From Eledone cirrhosa (lineage: Eukaryota): a DNA stretch of 64,000 nucleotides. A program made the translations under genes and the position numbers. The notes under the pieces are model-generated. The model was not told where the DNA came from. It made no database searches and saw only the letters and a list, made by a program, of their open reading frames with translations. Position 1 is the first letter of the stretch. Each line of letters opens with the position of its first letter. The stretch spans positions 238,080,001 through 238,144,000 of the forward strand of contig OZ024742.1 of assembly GCA_964016885.1 (NCBI GenBank), read 5' to 3'. Shown in pieces: positions 27,820-41,440 of the stretch.

Positions 27820-29095
27820 GGCAGTAGAGACGCGACCAAAAGGAATCTATCCAGCGTAAACTTTCACAAGGTTAGCTGGAAAAGGATCCAATTTCAACAT
27901 TTCATGACAAGAGTACAAACCATATGCCGTAAGTTTCTCCCCAACAAATGGGCCAACAGACACAAAAATGTTTTTGCCCAGAGACAGGAAAATCATTATG
28001 AGAGGATGAACAAAGATCACGAACCTGTTAAATGCACATCAGAAGAACAAGATGGAACCCCATTTGAAACAGGCTCTGATTGAAATTGAAACTGCATTCA
28101 ATCTTTCCCATTAAAAGGAGAGGGCAGAGAGAGAAGCCAGGGCCATAGAAAATATAAAAACAAAAGAGACTGCTTCGGTACACTTTTCCATATAAATGTC
28201 TTCCTGGCCGAGGATCCTCAAGAGATAAATAGAGAAACTGAATGAACGGTACAAAAGGGTTTTTACACCCACAATGATGCACATGTAAATAACAAAGCCA
28301 GCGGAATTCGTTGATGGCACAGCACTACACGGAGAAATGGCGACCAACAATCACATAGATATAAAGGATGAAGATGTTATATCAGCCATAGAAGAAATGA
28401 GACCAAATTCAGCTCCTGGACCTGATGGATTACCAGCAACCCTCCTAAAAATATGCAAGCGTACCTTAGCAAGAACTTCTGAAGATCCTCTTCAGAAGTT
28501 CTCTGGCTAGCGCAGAGAGCTAAAAAAAGGCGTAATATCCCCTATCCATAAAGGAGGAAGCACAGCAGAGGCGAAAAACTACAGGCCGGTCTCCTTGAAT
28601 TCCCATATCATTAAAGTCATGGAAGGAATCATCAGAAAGAAATTGACCTCCTAACTAATACCAAGCATGCCTTTCGTCCGGAAAAAGCTGCCTTACACAG
28701 CTTTTACAGCACTACAACTGGATAGTGAAACAGCTGCTGGACCACTCTAATGTTGATGTGATATATCTTGACTTTACGAAAGCCTTCGACAAGGTCGACC
28801 ATGCAATGATATGTCAAAAACTAAACAGATTCGGCATAATTAGAAATTTAGGTGAGTTATTTCATGACTTCTTAAAAGACAGAAGCCAGACTGTTGAAGC
28901 CAGTGGGGCTCTCTCAAAGGAAACAGCAATAACAAGTGGGATGCTCCAGGGGACTGTCTTGGGACCACTAATTTTTTAGTGGCTCTTTCAGACATGTCAT
29001 CTGTAGTACATACAACAACCCTCATTAGCTATGCTGATGACACAAATATAGCACAGGTAATCAAGAATCCGGCCGATGATACTCTTTTACAAGAT
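27820..29095 (+). pseudogene. CR1-group LINE reverse transcriptase remnant
   Basis: SAPGPDGLPA, PIHKGG..NYRPVSL, DVIYLDFTKAFDKVDH, SGMLQGTVLGPLIF, SYADDT. Has stops and frameshifts and is truncated shortly after YADD. Confidence 0.9.
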
Positions 29096-29097
29096 CT

Positions 29098-29932
29098 TTT
29101 AAATTACCACTAAACCTGGTCACAAATGACGGTCCAATTCGTAACATAAGCAAAAGCTCAGGTTCATCAGAAGTGTTGCACCAATACTACCTGATCATTT
29201 GGGATGAATGCACCATGTCACATAGAGGTGCGATGCAAGCTCTTGATAAGACCTTAAATGACATAAGAGGTAACAAAATATCTATAATAGGAGTTACATT
29301 AGTTTTATCAGGAGACTTCAGATAGAGATTACCAGTCATTCTGAGAGAAACAAGAGCTGATGAAATAAAAGCATGCGTTAAGTCTTCGCGGCTATAGAAT
29401 AAAGTAAAAAATTTCTCCTGAAGGGTAGAGTTCCAATAATGGTTCCATGAAATTTAGACCCTCCTAAATTATGCAATGGGACAAGATTGATTGTGAAAAC
29501 ATTATCATCTAATATGATTGAAGCTACTATCATCAATAAAACTGAAGGTCAGACTTTGACATTTACTATCTTGTACTTAAGGGATCTTTGCTTTTCCCAT
29601 GGTCAAGTTTACGTTGGTCGCTCCAGGTGGGGTGTTTACAAGACTTATTTGTCTATGCTCCAAACCAAAGAATGTTGTTAACCCAGAAGCTCTTATGTAA
29701 TGTGCTTCAACATATGTGGTCAAATTTATCTCCCCCATAACCGAGATAAATTTTGTATTTTCAAATTGTATTAATTTTTGTATCATGAATTCAGAATTGA
29801 TTTCATCATGTACATCAATTGAAGATTAAATGGAATTTAGAATAACAAATTTCCATACAACTTGTTTTGCTTTCTTCTTCTAATATATAAGGAACACTTT
29901 TATTCCCGGGCAACGCCTGGTGCCTCTCTTAG
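29098..29932 (+). mobile_element. Helitron remnant: PIF1-family helicase C-terminal half and 3' end
   Basis: FKLPLNL...LIIWDECTM...GDFR*.LPV, LCNGTRL, NK.EGQT, CFSHGQVYVG.SR. Decayed terminal hairpin cccgggcaacgcctgg followed by cttag at ~29905-29932. Confidence 0.88.
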
Positions 29933-30397
29933 AGAGCCTATGGTTGGCCCTTTATCTATTTGTCTGTGTGCATGTCTGTCGTATACGGCGCAAAAGCTTT
30001 GTTGTGGTAACATGTCTTGCTACACACACGCACAGATTTAGTTGTATCTATTTATGTATTACTCGTTCTGTCTTTATGTATTCCTATCTAGCTATCAACG
30101 TTATGATAACTGGCTTTGTTAGAAATAACAGCGAAATAAAACACTAGCGTCTACAACTCACACACACATTGATATTTATCTATCTATGTTTCAGTCTCTA
30201 TCTATTCCTATCTATCGCCAAGGAGAATCAACTAGATTTGTGTAGTATATCAATAAAATAGCAATTCGGCGCTGTAACAATATAACTAGGTTGAAGAAAA
30301 TAACAACTACGACGTGGAAATTCAAAGCACATTACTAAAAAATACATGATTCTGGTAAATTTGACAATAAATGTTTGCAAGTTCCATTCTCGGCTAC

Positions 30398-30660
30398 GCG
30401 TGGCTTAGGAGTTACGGTGTTAAGATCAAGATCGAATTGTTGTGAGTTCGATTTCCAGCGATGCCTGACTTAGTGGTTAGGGTGTTCGGCTCACGGTCGT
30501 ACGTTATAGCAATGAGTTAAATTCTTGACATCGCATATTATAGTGGTTTGGGTGTACGCTGTATAATTATAAGGGCATCAATTCGACTCCCGGTGGGGCG
30601 TTGAGTCCTTAACCCAGACACTTTATTTCACGTTGCTCAAATCCATTCAACTGGGAAAAA
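30398..30660 (+). mobile_element. tRNA-derived SINE family B with stacked tRNA-like heads
   Basis: Three successive tagtggtt..gttcgatt-like heads precede the core gtcctt..gacactttatttcacgttgctc. Confidence 0.6.
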
Positions 30661-30814
30661 ATAGTTCTATCTAGAATTTAAAGGTTGAGCCTTGCGGCAC
30701 ACTGTGTTACACTGTACCCTAAAAGCAGTCCTTAGGAAGATTCAACATGTCACAGTGTATGATATGGCTGGCACTTTGAATTACAGTTAGAACTAATTTT
30801 TTTCAAGATAAATG

Positions 30815-30920
30815 AGCTGGAGCAACGTGAAATAAAGTGTTTTGATCAAAGACGCAAGGGGTAGCGGGAAGCCGAGCTTACGATCGTGAGCCGAACACTT
30901 TAACGACTATACCACTCGCC
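30815..30920 (-). mobile_element. SINE family B fragment
   Basis: ggagcaacgtgaaataaagtgttttg...cgtgagccgaacac is the reverse complement of the family B head and core. Confidence 0.7.
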
Positions 30921-31881
30921 TTTTCTGTGATATAAAAAGTGTTTAAGTAAAATTTGTTAAAATAAAATTTTCACGTTTTTAGTCTCCATGGATACTTTCC
31001 ACGATATTAACCATTATTTATTGTGATCGATTATTATTATAATTATTTACGTTGGGACGACTACATTTCAAATAAAACTTATTGTAGGTTTCTGTATTTA
31101 AGTAGCATGAAATGATAAACAGTAATTTGAAGTACGCTTGTACTTGGTAATCTTATTCGAAATACTGTGTATATAAACATTTTCTATTTAGAAGATAAAG
31201 ATGTTTTTTTTATGTCCTTACTCTCACGAATCTTCTCCGTATTAGCTTTCACACGTCAACATGCGATATAAATCAGCGCAAACAGTTCCCATCACTAGTA
31301 CTATTATAGAAAGAGTACAACAGTTCACAGAGATTATATTCAAATATAAAATAGATGAATACGTAAATACAAATAGCAACATGTTTAGTAAAGAAGGCAA
31401 AGAGCGACGACTTCGCATTTGCTTGAACGTCGGGTGCGTTTCAGTTCTCTGCGCTCTGAGTTCAAATCCTGCTGAGGTCAGCTGTGTTCTTCATCCTCTC
31501 CATGACTATGGACGATTCTCTCTCTTTCTCTCTCTATTTCGTCATGCTGACGTAAATCTCCTTGAGATTTAGGTTAAGAGTGCGCATGCCTGTAGAATGC
31601 TAAACAATTAGATGTTAATTTTATGAACAGACCACTTTGTTGATCGAACAATTGAAACTCTCATCATTGAATCCGATGGAGCTCCATTCTTCTAATTGTT
31701 CTAGGTATAAACGATCTTAATATATAAAACTAAATACATGTTCCAAGGTGTAGGCCACAGTTTTGCACATAAGTGTCTGAAACGCTGCAACATGGCACCT
31801 TCTTTCAATGAGAAGGTTATGTAGCTTACACTGAAATCTGGTACTCATTTTCAGCTGAGTATACTGAAGCGACGTGAAATG

Positions 31882-31946
<65 letters not shown>

Positions 31947-32516
31947 GCGGTTCTGATCCCCTTCGTCCCGATTTCTTGCCTGTGGATAAATTCTTTGCCT
32001 TCCTTTCGACAACTTCTGGCCCTCCTCATCCTTCCGCCCGTCTCCCTTCTTTCAATTATTTCTGATTCTTTTCTAGTAACAATATTTTTCACTGTAATCT
32101 TACGACTATATATATGGACTTCATGATTACATTATGCTAATTACATACTTTATCTATTCTCTCTATCCTTGCCGTCTCTCACCTCCATGTGCTACGTATG
32201 TTTTGTTTGATTGGTTTATTCCTTATTTACACGTCTTGTTCTATTAATCCTTTGCAGTGTCGAAACTCCTGTTTCCACTCTGCGACAGAATTTTGGACAT
32301 ATTAGTCACTGACTTAAGGTTTGAAAATTGTGATGTCCTTAAATTGACATTTTGTATTGATCTATTTCCACTTCCTGTCAACTCTAAGCTCCTCTGTTCC
32401 ACACTTATACATTTACCTATTCATTTTTTGCTACTACCATCTATGTCTGATTTCTTCGCGGTTCGTGCTAATCTTGAGAATATATATATATATATATATA
32501 TATTCTCAAGAGTAGC

Positions 32517-32549
<33 letters not shown>

Positions 32550-32556
32550 AAAATAC

Positions 32557-32607
<51 letters not shown>

Positions 32608-32716
32608 AATACATATATATATATACATATATATCAAAAGGATCGATCGACTTTCATCACATCGGACCGAGGAAACAATGTTTCCGTCGGTCTTTCCAGT
32701 TGCTAGTACTATCTAT

Positions 32717-32856
32717 CAGTCGCAACTCCAGGTAGAAGGAGCAACGTGAAATAAAGTGTCTTGCTCAAGGACATAACGCATCGCCCGGTCCAGGAATCGA
32801 ACTCACAACCTCAAGATTGTGAATCCAGTTTTCTCTAACCACTCAGCCACACGCCT
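32717..32856 (-). mobile_element. tRNA-derived SINE family B
   Basis: Minus strand reads ggcgtgTGGCTGAGTGG (A box)...GTTCGATTC (B box)...tgtccttgagcaagacactttatttcacgttgctc (CORE/V-like central motif). Confidence 0.85.
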
Positions 32857-32857
32857 T

Positions 32858-33076
<219 letters not shown>

Positions 33077-33165
33077 TTCGATATGCAAATTAGGCTGCTC
33101 AGCCGTTAATTTTCATAAGGAAAGTATATACTTTCGAACGTTCAACTATCTGGCAGAAGGGTATA

Positions 33166-33206
33166 CGGTGCTGATGATAGCTAACAAGCTTGAAACTAGT
33201 ACATCG
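33166..33206 (+). ncRNA. Minimal type I hammerhead ribozyme
   Basis: cggtg-CTGATGA-t-agct-aaca-agct-t-GAAA-ctag-TA-catcg. Stem I cggtg/catcg, palindromic stem III ACTAGT, GUA cleavage triplet. Confidence 0.75.
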
Positions 33207-33480
33207 TTCCTGTGTCAGTGTTGAACAAAAAGGTGACGTGGTTGCCTTAACACCGTACGGCATAAAATTCAGGCTGTTCAGTTTGTTTACAAACGAACAA
33301 AGCGGCGTTATAATAAGCGTCCGCTAAACTGATACGTGCATATATGTATGTGTACCTGTATGTATATATATATATATATATATATGCATGCTACTGTACG
33401 TCTGTATACACACATACTTACATTTAAGTAAGTGCCGTACTAAGAGTGAGAAATGAAATTTCGCTTTCATTTTATTTCAA

Positions 33481-33586
<106 letters not shown>

Positions 33587-33664
33587 AATGGATGTATAGT
33601 ATATTTGGCAATATACCGTATGTTTAATTAAAAACATTTCGAAGACCTTGCGCTATTATTTTTT

Positions 33665-33843
33665 TGGCAGTATCGGTAGAGAGTCGAATGCCATGCTTTG
33701 ACGTATAGAGTTACGGCCCTTGCCATTCTGAGTTCAAATCCCGCCGAGGTTAACTTTGCCTTTCATCCTTACGGGGTCGATAAAATAAAGTACCAGTAAT
33801 GCTCTGGGTAATTGCTGGTCTTGTGCCAAAAGTAGAAACAATT
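33665..33843 (+). mobile_element. tRNA-derived SINE family A (young subfamily)
   Basis: tggcagtatcggtaga...gagttcaaatcccgccgaggttaactttgcctttcatccttacggggtcgataaaataaagtaccag...cttgtgccaaaagtagaaac. Confidence 0.9.
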
Positions 33844-34105
33844 ATTTTTAAAGTAATGACTATGTCACTTCTTATTTTTTCGGCAAAAGAAGGGAGAGAA
33901 GCTAACAGAATCTGTTTCACACTGTTGGTGATCATCAGAGCTGAAAATCATAGAAGCTGGATTCTTATAGAATTCCAGTAATCAGGAGCTGATTATACAG
34001 AGCGATTGCCGGTCCAGCAAAAATTAGGTATTAGGATTGGTGCTCTGAAATAGCGATGTATACCTGAATATATGTAGAGTATATTTGGCAATATACCGTA
34101 TGTTT

Positions 34106-34193
<88 letters not shown>

Positions 34194-34530
34194 TATATAT
34201 GGAAAAAATAAAATTTCATTTCACACTCTTAGTACCGGTGATTCTTAAATATAAGTATGTATACGTACATACATATATGTATACAGACGTATGTATATAC
34301 ATACTACTGTACGTCTGTATACATATATGTATGTACGTATATATACTTATATTTATATATATATATATTTATTTATTAAAATAACAGATTAAAGGGTGAA
34401 AGCAGGGAATCTTTGCTTAAACTTTAATCTGTAATTTTAATAAATATTTGCTCTAAGGTTCTTATATATTTGATATATATTTATCCTTATGGAGCCCTCT
34501 TTGGATTTCAGTCTTCAAATTTATTATTAT

Positions 34531-34689
<159 letters not shown>

Positions 34690-34730
34690 CGAAACATAAG
34701 TGAATTGCATGAACTCATAATCCTTTATTT

Positions 34731-34786
34731 ACTGCTATATATATTTCGATGATAGCCATCGAATGGCTATGACCTCATCAGGCAGT
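34731..34786 (-). ncRNA. Minimal type I hammerhead ribozyme
   Basis: actgc-CTGATGA-ggtcatagccat-tcg-atggctatcatc-GAAA-tatata-TA-gcagt. Perfect stem I and a long stem II. Sits in a short insert within (TA)n. Confidence 0.85.
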
Positions 34787-34880
34787 TAGTCAGTTCTTAT
34801 ATATGCCAGCTCTGTGTATATAGTGTTGATGGTATCCGAGCCTTGGGACATATATATATATATTACATATATACACACAC

Positions 34881-34918
<38 letters not shown>

Positions 34919-35046
34919 AATGAGTTATTTGGTTTGTTGCTTATTCAACAAAGTTAATTTTACAACAGATTAGAAGAACTCAACAAGTTTTATCCGGAGT
35001 ATCATTAATATTAATAAATGGAAAATATCTTTATAAAACCATATTT

Positions 35047-35105
35047 ATTTTATTATACGTATTTCAAGAGTACTAATATTTAAGTACGCTTTCGTCAGAT
35101 AAAAT
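35047..35105 (-). ncRNA. Minimal type I hammerhead ribozyme (inverted copy)
   Basis: Reverse complement of 37219-37277. Confidence 0.85.
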
Positions 35106-35344
35106 ATAATAATTGGTGTTAAGATAGCGACACATCTTCATGTGAACTTAATGTTATAAGTTCATTGAGGATAGTGAATAGAATTGTTCAACACTCAAGC
35201 GAAATATGCTAATGAGGATAACGTTAAAACTGAAAAGATCCGTTAATTTATAGATAAGAATAGTATAAATCAACCTCCTAAAGTTTATTATAATAATAAT
35301 AATAAATTTAAACAAATTAACCAAAATAATATATCAAATAAAAA

Positions 35345-36087
35345 AGCCAGAACTAGAAATATAATTTGGTATTCTCCTCCAATTTCATTAGTAACACCAA
35401 TTCTTTAAAGCTCTAAATAAATGTTTTCCTAAGTCCCATAAGTATCACTCCATTTTTAACAGACATACAGTCAAGCTCTCTTACTCTACTACTATGAATA
35501 TAGCCCAGAATATTGATAGAATTAATAATAGGAATTTAAAATTAAACTCAACCCAAGTAAACTCAAATAACAATAACAATCTAGTTAATAACATTATGTA
35601 TAATAATAATAGAGAATGCATAAATAATAATACGGTATCTTTAAATAACAATATAAGAAAATATAATTGCAGAAATAACATCTTATGCTCTTTACAGAAT
35701 AATTGCCTTGATAGAAATTTAGCATACAAACGCACCATAAAAACTAGAGATAGATTATATAATTATATAGGTGCAACTTCTTCAAAATTTAAGGACCGTT
35801 CGTATAATCATAAACATACTTTCAAACGATCAAATAAAAAATTCTCAACCTCACTAATTAATTTGTCTTTAAAAGACCATAACACTGACTATTCAATCTC
35901 TTGGAGTAAAATATCGAATGCGCCAGTTTACCAAAATATGGCACTCTCAAGAATTTGTCATCTCTGTATTGAAGAAATATTTCATATAATTACCAATCCT
36001 GGTAATATTATTAACAAAAAAAAGGAAATATTTCATTCTTGTTTGCATCGATTCTCCAAAACATTTCACAATATTTATAATTTATAG
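35345..36087 (+). pseudogene. PLE C-terminal linker and GIY-YIG-type endonuclease
   Basis: RNIIWYSPP, SIFNRHTVKLSYS, NCR...C.LQNNCL, YIGATSSKFKDR..NH, CHLCIEE, INKKKEIFHSCLH. One frameshift near 35400. RT is absent. Confidence 0.88.
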
Positions 36088-37218
36088 AAAATACTACACT
36101 ATGGTCTATATAAGTTGCCTATATACAATATATATTTTTTGTCTTTAAATGTTCTTAAATTTATACATAGAAATATTTCTTATACAATGTAAAAAACTAT
36201 TATCAAAACCATATTTACTATATGGTGCTCTGAAATCTTATATGAATTTTTTACTTATATTATAATATAAATTATAATTAATTATTAGGTTAAACATCAG
36301 ATGAAAAAAATATATTATTTAATATCTATGGTATATATTCCTAAAATTACTAAATATTAGAGTGATCTTCCCTTAAACAATTCTCTTTGTTTACAATTCA
36401 CATATACGATACATTTCAACTTGCATAAATGTTTAAATATTATATTACTAACCATATGCAATAATAGATTATGCATAATACTATACATCTTTACTTAAAA
36501 TATAATTACTTTCACATTCTTAAAGTATATATATAAAATGCATATATATCATTGTTTGATCTATCTTACGCTCATTTATAATTCTATGTCTATATATATA
36601 CTTCAATAAGATCTATATTCACGCATAATCATTTATGTAATAAATAATTATTTATTTTTTAAATAACGATATATAATAATGTCTTATACTACAATACATT
36701 ATATTTATAACTACATTCATAGTATTAAAATATATGCGGAAAAATATATCCACTCATATGTGAAAGTACAGTTTATATTTCATTCACATATTATATTGTT
36801 GTAATTGCTTTAATAAATTAATAGTTTATAATTTAATACAATACATTATAATTCTCATCTAAATATTATAAATACTTCCATATTCTTAAAATATATATTA
36901 AAAAATTAAATAGATAAATAAGTATAATTATATCATTCTTTCTAAACCCATGTATATATTTTTGGGTGTATGTATGTGTATTTCTATAAATAATTCTAAA
37001 AAACTCTAAAATAATGTTTTCAAATTTAATAGCAAACCTTTAAAAAAAAATTTAAATAAGTATTTAAACGTCTAAACTTAACGGATCTTTTCAGTTTTAA
37101 CGTTATCCTCATTAGCATATTTCCCTTGAGTGTTGAACAATTCTATTCACTATCCTCACTGAACTTATAACATTAAGTTCACATGAAGATGTGTCATCAT
37201 CTTAACACCAATTATTAT

Positions 37219-37277
37219 ATTTTATCTGACGAAAGCGTACTTAAATATTAGTACTCTTGAAATACGTATAATAAAAT
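37219..37277 (+). ncRNA. Minimal type I hammerhead ribozyme
   Basis: attttat-CTGACGA-aagcgtact-taaatatt-agtactctt-GAAA-tacgta-TA-ataaaat. Perfect 7-bp stem I and palindromic stem III. Confidence 0.88.
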
Positions 37278-37382
37278 AAATATGGTTTTATAAAGATATT
37301 TTCTATTTATTAATATTATTCATATTAATGATACTCCGGCTAGATCCGAACGTTTGTATGTTTGTATGTATGTATGTATGTG

Positions 37383-38250
37383 TATATCTCTTTCTCTTAA
37401 TTTCGAGTATATTTTTTTTGACCGGCCACCTTCCTGGTGGCAAGGTTGTAAAAGAAAAGAAATTGTCATCCCTTGAATCGCAAGAATGTTTTGCAAATTT
37501 TGAAGGTGCCAGCTATCGCAGCCAGTTGTAGACTATGAATTAGGGAGCTGCGCTTTTTGTCCGCAAATCCAAGTTCAGTCATACTTTGGTCCAAGCGGGT
37601 TGGTATATAACCCGTAGCTCCAATAATGATGAGTATGAAGCTAAAGATGTATCTTGGATACTGGATTTGTAAACTCCTCATCAATGGTCCGTAGATGTCC
37701 TCCTTCTCCTGTATTTTTCTGACAACGTTTACATCAAGTGGGCAGCTGATCTCCACAACAGAACACGTGTTCAATGTGTGGTCCCAAACATCAATATCAG
37801 GCTGGTTGTGCTTTAATTTGGTGGCAGTTTTTATTTTCAGGTTCCACCAGTATTGCTTAGTGCCATCTGTCTCAATATATTCCTCCTTGTTTGTTGTTAA
37901 TTTTGTTTTCCGAAGTGGGTTCCAGATGGTTCTAGCTATCCCATCGTGTCTCATGGGGAGGTAGTAGCGAGATGACATTCTTTCGCAGCTGGCAACAATG
38001 TGGCTTACATCCTCGATCTTTGTTTTACATAGCCTACATTTATTGTCAACTGCTGGCCCTCCTCTTTTGTGCAGCAGATATTTGGTAGGGAGTTCTTGTT
38101 CCTGTATTGCATAGAGATATCCCTCAAGGTGTGATGTCATAAACTTGTCGGAACTCCATGCCAGGCTTTTTGAGTGGTTTATCCTCTGTGGTCTGTGTTT
38201 TACGCCTCAAGTATCCATGCACAACTTTTTCTGTAAATTGGTCAATTTTT
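37383..38250 (-). mobile_element. R4/Dong-like non-LTR retrotransposon 3' fragment (CCHC knuckle and restriction-like endonuclease)
   Basis: ORF 37466-38140: AIQEQ, CRLC....EDVSHIVASC, RHD, QPDI...VVEISCP...EKEDIYGPL. (TATG)n on both sides. Confidence 0.9.
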
Positions 38251-38276
38251 TGTATGTATGTATGTATGTATGTATG

Positions 38277-38868
38277 GTCGGGTCATTGGCGACTAAACTG
38301 GCAACCCCACCAAGCTTTCTTGGTGAGGAGGGTGACTTTGGACATCCTGCAGGACTAAAAACAAAACCTGTCAAAGGGCAAAGGAGCTCTTAAGAGTCAA
38401 TGGCCATCCAAAATCACCGGAAGAGATGACCCCTTAGCCTTTGTCAAGGCAGAATTCTAGGAGAAGGAAAACTCTGATATAACACCTGCAACCCTGATGG
38501 TATCCAATGATGTTGACTTGTTCTTCTTTTTGGTAAATATCATCTTGGTTAAGAGAGTGGGACTGGCATTGTGCAGTGCCTTTGCTCACTATAAAAGCTT
38601 CACGGCACAGGCATTGCTTTATATCTGGAGATCTCTCTGCACTTGTCGTCACATGGTACCATGGGCCCAGCACTATGTGTCAATGATTGTCACAAGTGTA
38701 GTGTTTGTACGAGTGTTTTCAAGTCACTGGCTGGACTAAAAAGTCACACTCGTTCAGCGCATCGGTAGGGGTTCTCCTACATGGATATAAAGTAGTGGCC
38801 GTACTCGAAAACGAGTTGGCAGCCACCATGTATGTATGTATATATGCATGCATGTATGTATGTATGTA
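38277..38868 (+). mobile_element. Probable internally deleted RTE-like element
   Basis: 3' part encodes CSVCTSVFKSLAGLKSHTRSAHR* (C2H2), followed by a short UTR and an (ATGT)n tail like the 23.5 kb copy. Reading the 5' part as an RTE UTR is inference. Confidence 0.55.
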
Positions 38869-38869
38869 A

Positions 38870-39330
38870 GTACTCTTTCTCTTAATTGTGAGTACATTTT
38901 TGACGGCTACCTTCCTGGTGGCAATGTTGGAAAAGAAAAGAAATTATCATCTTTTGAATCGCAAGAAAGTTTTGCAAATTTTGAAGGTGCCAAATATCGC
39001 CGGCTATTTGTTATTCCATGAACTAGGGAGCTGCGCTGTTTGCCCACAAATCCAAGTTCAGTCATTCTTTTTGTCCAAGCGCGTTGGTATATAACCCGTA
39101 GCTCCAATAATAATGGTATGAAGCTGAAGGTATTTCCTGGATACTGGATCTGCAAACACCTCATCAGTGCTCCGTAGATGTCCTACTGCTCCCGTACATT
39201 TCTTAGAACGTTGACATCAAGTAGGCAGCTGATCTCTACAACAGAGAACATTTTCAATGTGTAGTCACAAACAAAAAGCAAATGAGTAGGGACATGTTGA
39301 GATAGATGGCACTAAGTAATACTGTTGGAA
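38870..39330 (-). mobile_element. Second, shorter R4/Dong-like 3' fragment
   Basis: Clearly homologous to 37385-37880. Its 3' end again abuts (TATG)n. Confidence 0.88.
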
Positions 39331-39549
39331 CATGAAAATAAAAAGAGTACAAGATTCCCCTGGACTGGACGCCTGTCTATCGCAAGGGTAAACTCGAAAC
39401 TATAGCTGCACATATTTTTAACTGAGTATACTAGAGCAACGTGAAATGAAGTATTTTGCTGAAGATCACAACATACAATCCAGTCCAAGAATCGAAGTCT
39501 TGAGAATATGATCCTAAGTCCAATACCGTAGCAATATCTTTATATATAC

Positions 39550-39734
<185 letters not shown>

Positions 39735-41322
39735 ACCTACCCAGATTTAACAAGTTAATGGTGAACACCAGACTACAGCAGAAAATATTTACCCAAAGTA
39801 CCACACAGTTTGATTGAAAACGAACTTTCATGATTGCAAAGCGAATTTCTTTACCGGATGTTTAAGGCTGCAGCTCTATATGTTTAGTATATATAACAGC
39901 CATGTTTGATTACATGAAAGAATTTTAGAATGTCTATAAGTATCAATATAGGAAATGAGCTTATCGAAAATTTGAATTGTCTGTATATCGGAAAACATAT
40001 TAAAGTGACTCATTAACTGACCTTGTTATTAGTTGCTGCACCAAATTTAATGTTGCCATACTGACCTCCCTCTATCGGTCAATGGTTTCTATAGGAAATT
40101 TTGTTTGATATTAACAGATCAAATCATTTTGATAACAAAAGAATTATATAAATATAATTTTATAAAGCATTTATTCGTTGACTTAGAGAAGTGGAACACA
40201 AATTTGATGTGATAGCCGGTCACGATACCGAAGAAGCAGTCACATCATGTTAACAAAAATGGGATATGTCCGTGGCTGAAACTCTTAATGGCTACGTCTA
40301 TGATGTACATTTTGTGTGCGAAGATTTTGAACTCAGTATTAATTACACGGATGATAAATGGAAAGAGTGATTGAAAGGCCCATAAACAAGGCTTCAAAAA
40401 GATTTGAAATTAAAAAGTAGGGTGTGTTATACTTAACTGACGAAGCAACTTACTAAACAATAATTCTATGTTGGCATGTTTTACCAGGTTCACTAAGAGT
40501 GTTTTTAAATCTAACTAGAAGATTTGAACAAAATAATTTCTTTTCCACAGGCAATGCCATGCCTTCGGTTCTTAACTATTAATTGTGAGGGTACCGTCAT
40601 AAATCTACCATCGTATATGTGTGTATGTGTGGTTCTGTAATTCCCGATGAAGTCGAGTCATAGGGGCACCATCGTGACATATGGCGTATCGAGGGCATTT
40701 AATCCTGGCGGAGTCCATCTCTTTCAGGTCTGAACACAACCGATTTCTTCCAGAGAAAGACACCGAGAGTGAAAATAGAGGAACAATCGACTTCGAAATG
40801 ATAAAAGATTAAGTTGATCTTGGTGGGATATGAACATTGGACGCAGAGAACCGGAATGAATTCTGCAAAGTATTCTATCCGACATTTCTAACGACTCTGC
40901 CAATTCGCAGCTTTCTCCATGTCATTTCTAGAAACTTATAATGCTAATGTCAATTAATGTCAGAGACTTATTAAATGACATAATCGACGTAGCAACTTCG
41001 ATACGTCATGGAACCTTTCGCTAACTGCAATTTAAACCCATGAAATTGCTCAGCAAAAATATACAATTTCGAAATTGAAAATATCATTCTAAATTAGTGT
41101 TGCGCAACCTTTTTGCCTAATGTCTCACTTCCATTTTCAAAGAACGTCAAAGAACTTCATGCTCCAGCATGATCAGACAACGTATATTACATAGTATTTA
41201 CTCCCCATTTTGAAGTCCCATGTCCCCACCGCGAGAAAAAGAAAGACGCTGTTTGTCATATCGTACCAAATGTACTCTGTGTTCTTTGGTGATTCTATCT
41301 ACTGGTTGAAACTCCTGGCACA

Positions 41323-41440
41323 GGGAGCAATGTGAAATAAAATATTTTGCTCAAGAAAGCAAAACACAACCCGGTCTAGGAATCGAACCCACGGCCTTAC
41401 AATTGTAAGTCGTATATCCTAACCACTAGGTCACGTACCT
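41323..41440 (-). mobile_element. SINE family B
   Basis: ggagcaatgtgaaataa...ttgctcaag...ggaatcgaaccc...ctaaccactagg. Confidence 0.75.

Larger units (their letters stand above)
34920..37345 (+). mobile_element. Penelope-like element (Neptune-like) with inverted pseudo-LTRs
   Basis: Inverted repeats 34994-35246 / 37078-37339, a GIY-YIG-type ORF remnant, a ~1 kb very AT-rich 3' UTR, and a hammerhead in each repeat. Confidence 0.9.

Noticed and set aside
32760-32856. tRNA gene
   Set aside because: A and B boxes are present but run into a SINE core repeated across the window, and no complete cloverleaf is evident.
40530-40615. Possible exon after ttttccacag (and a similar site at 47724)
   Set aside because: Acceptor-like only, with weak donors and no recognisable coding content. 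Needs RNA data.
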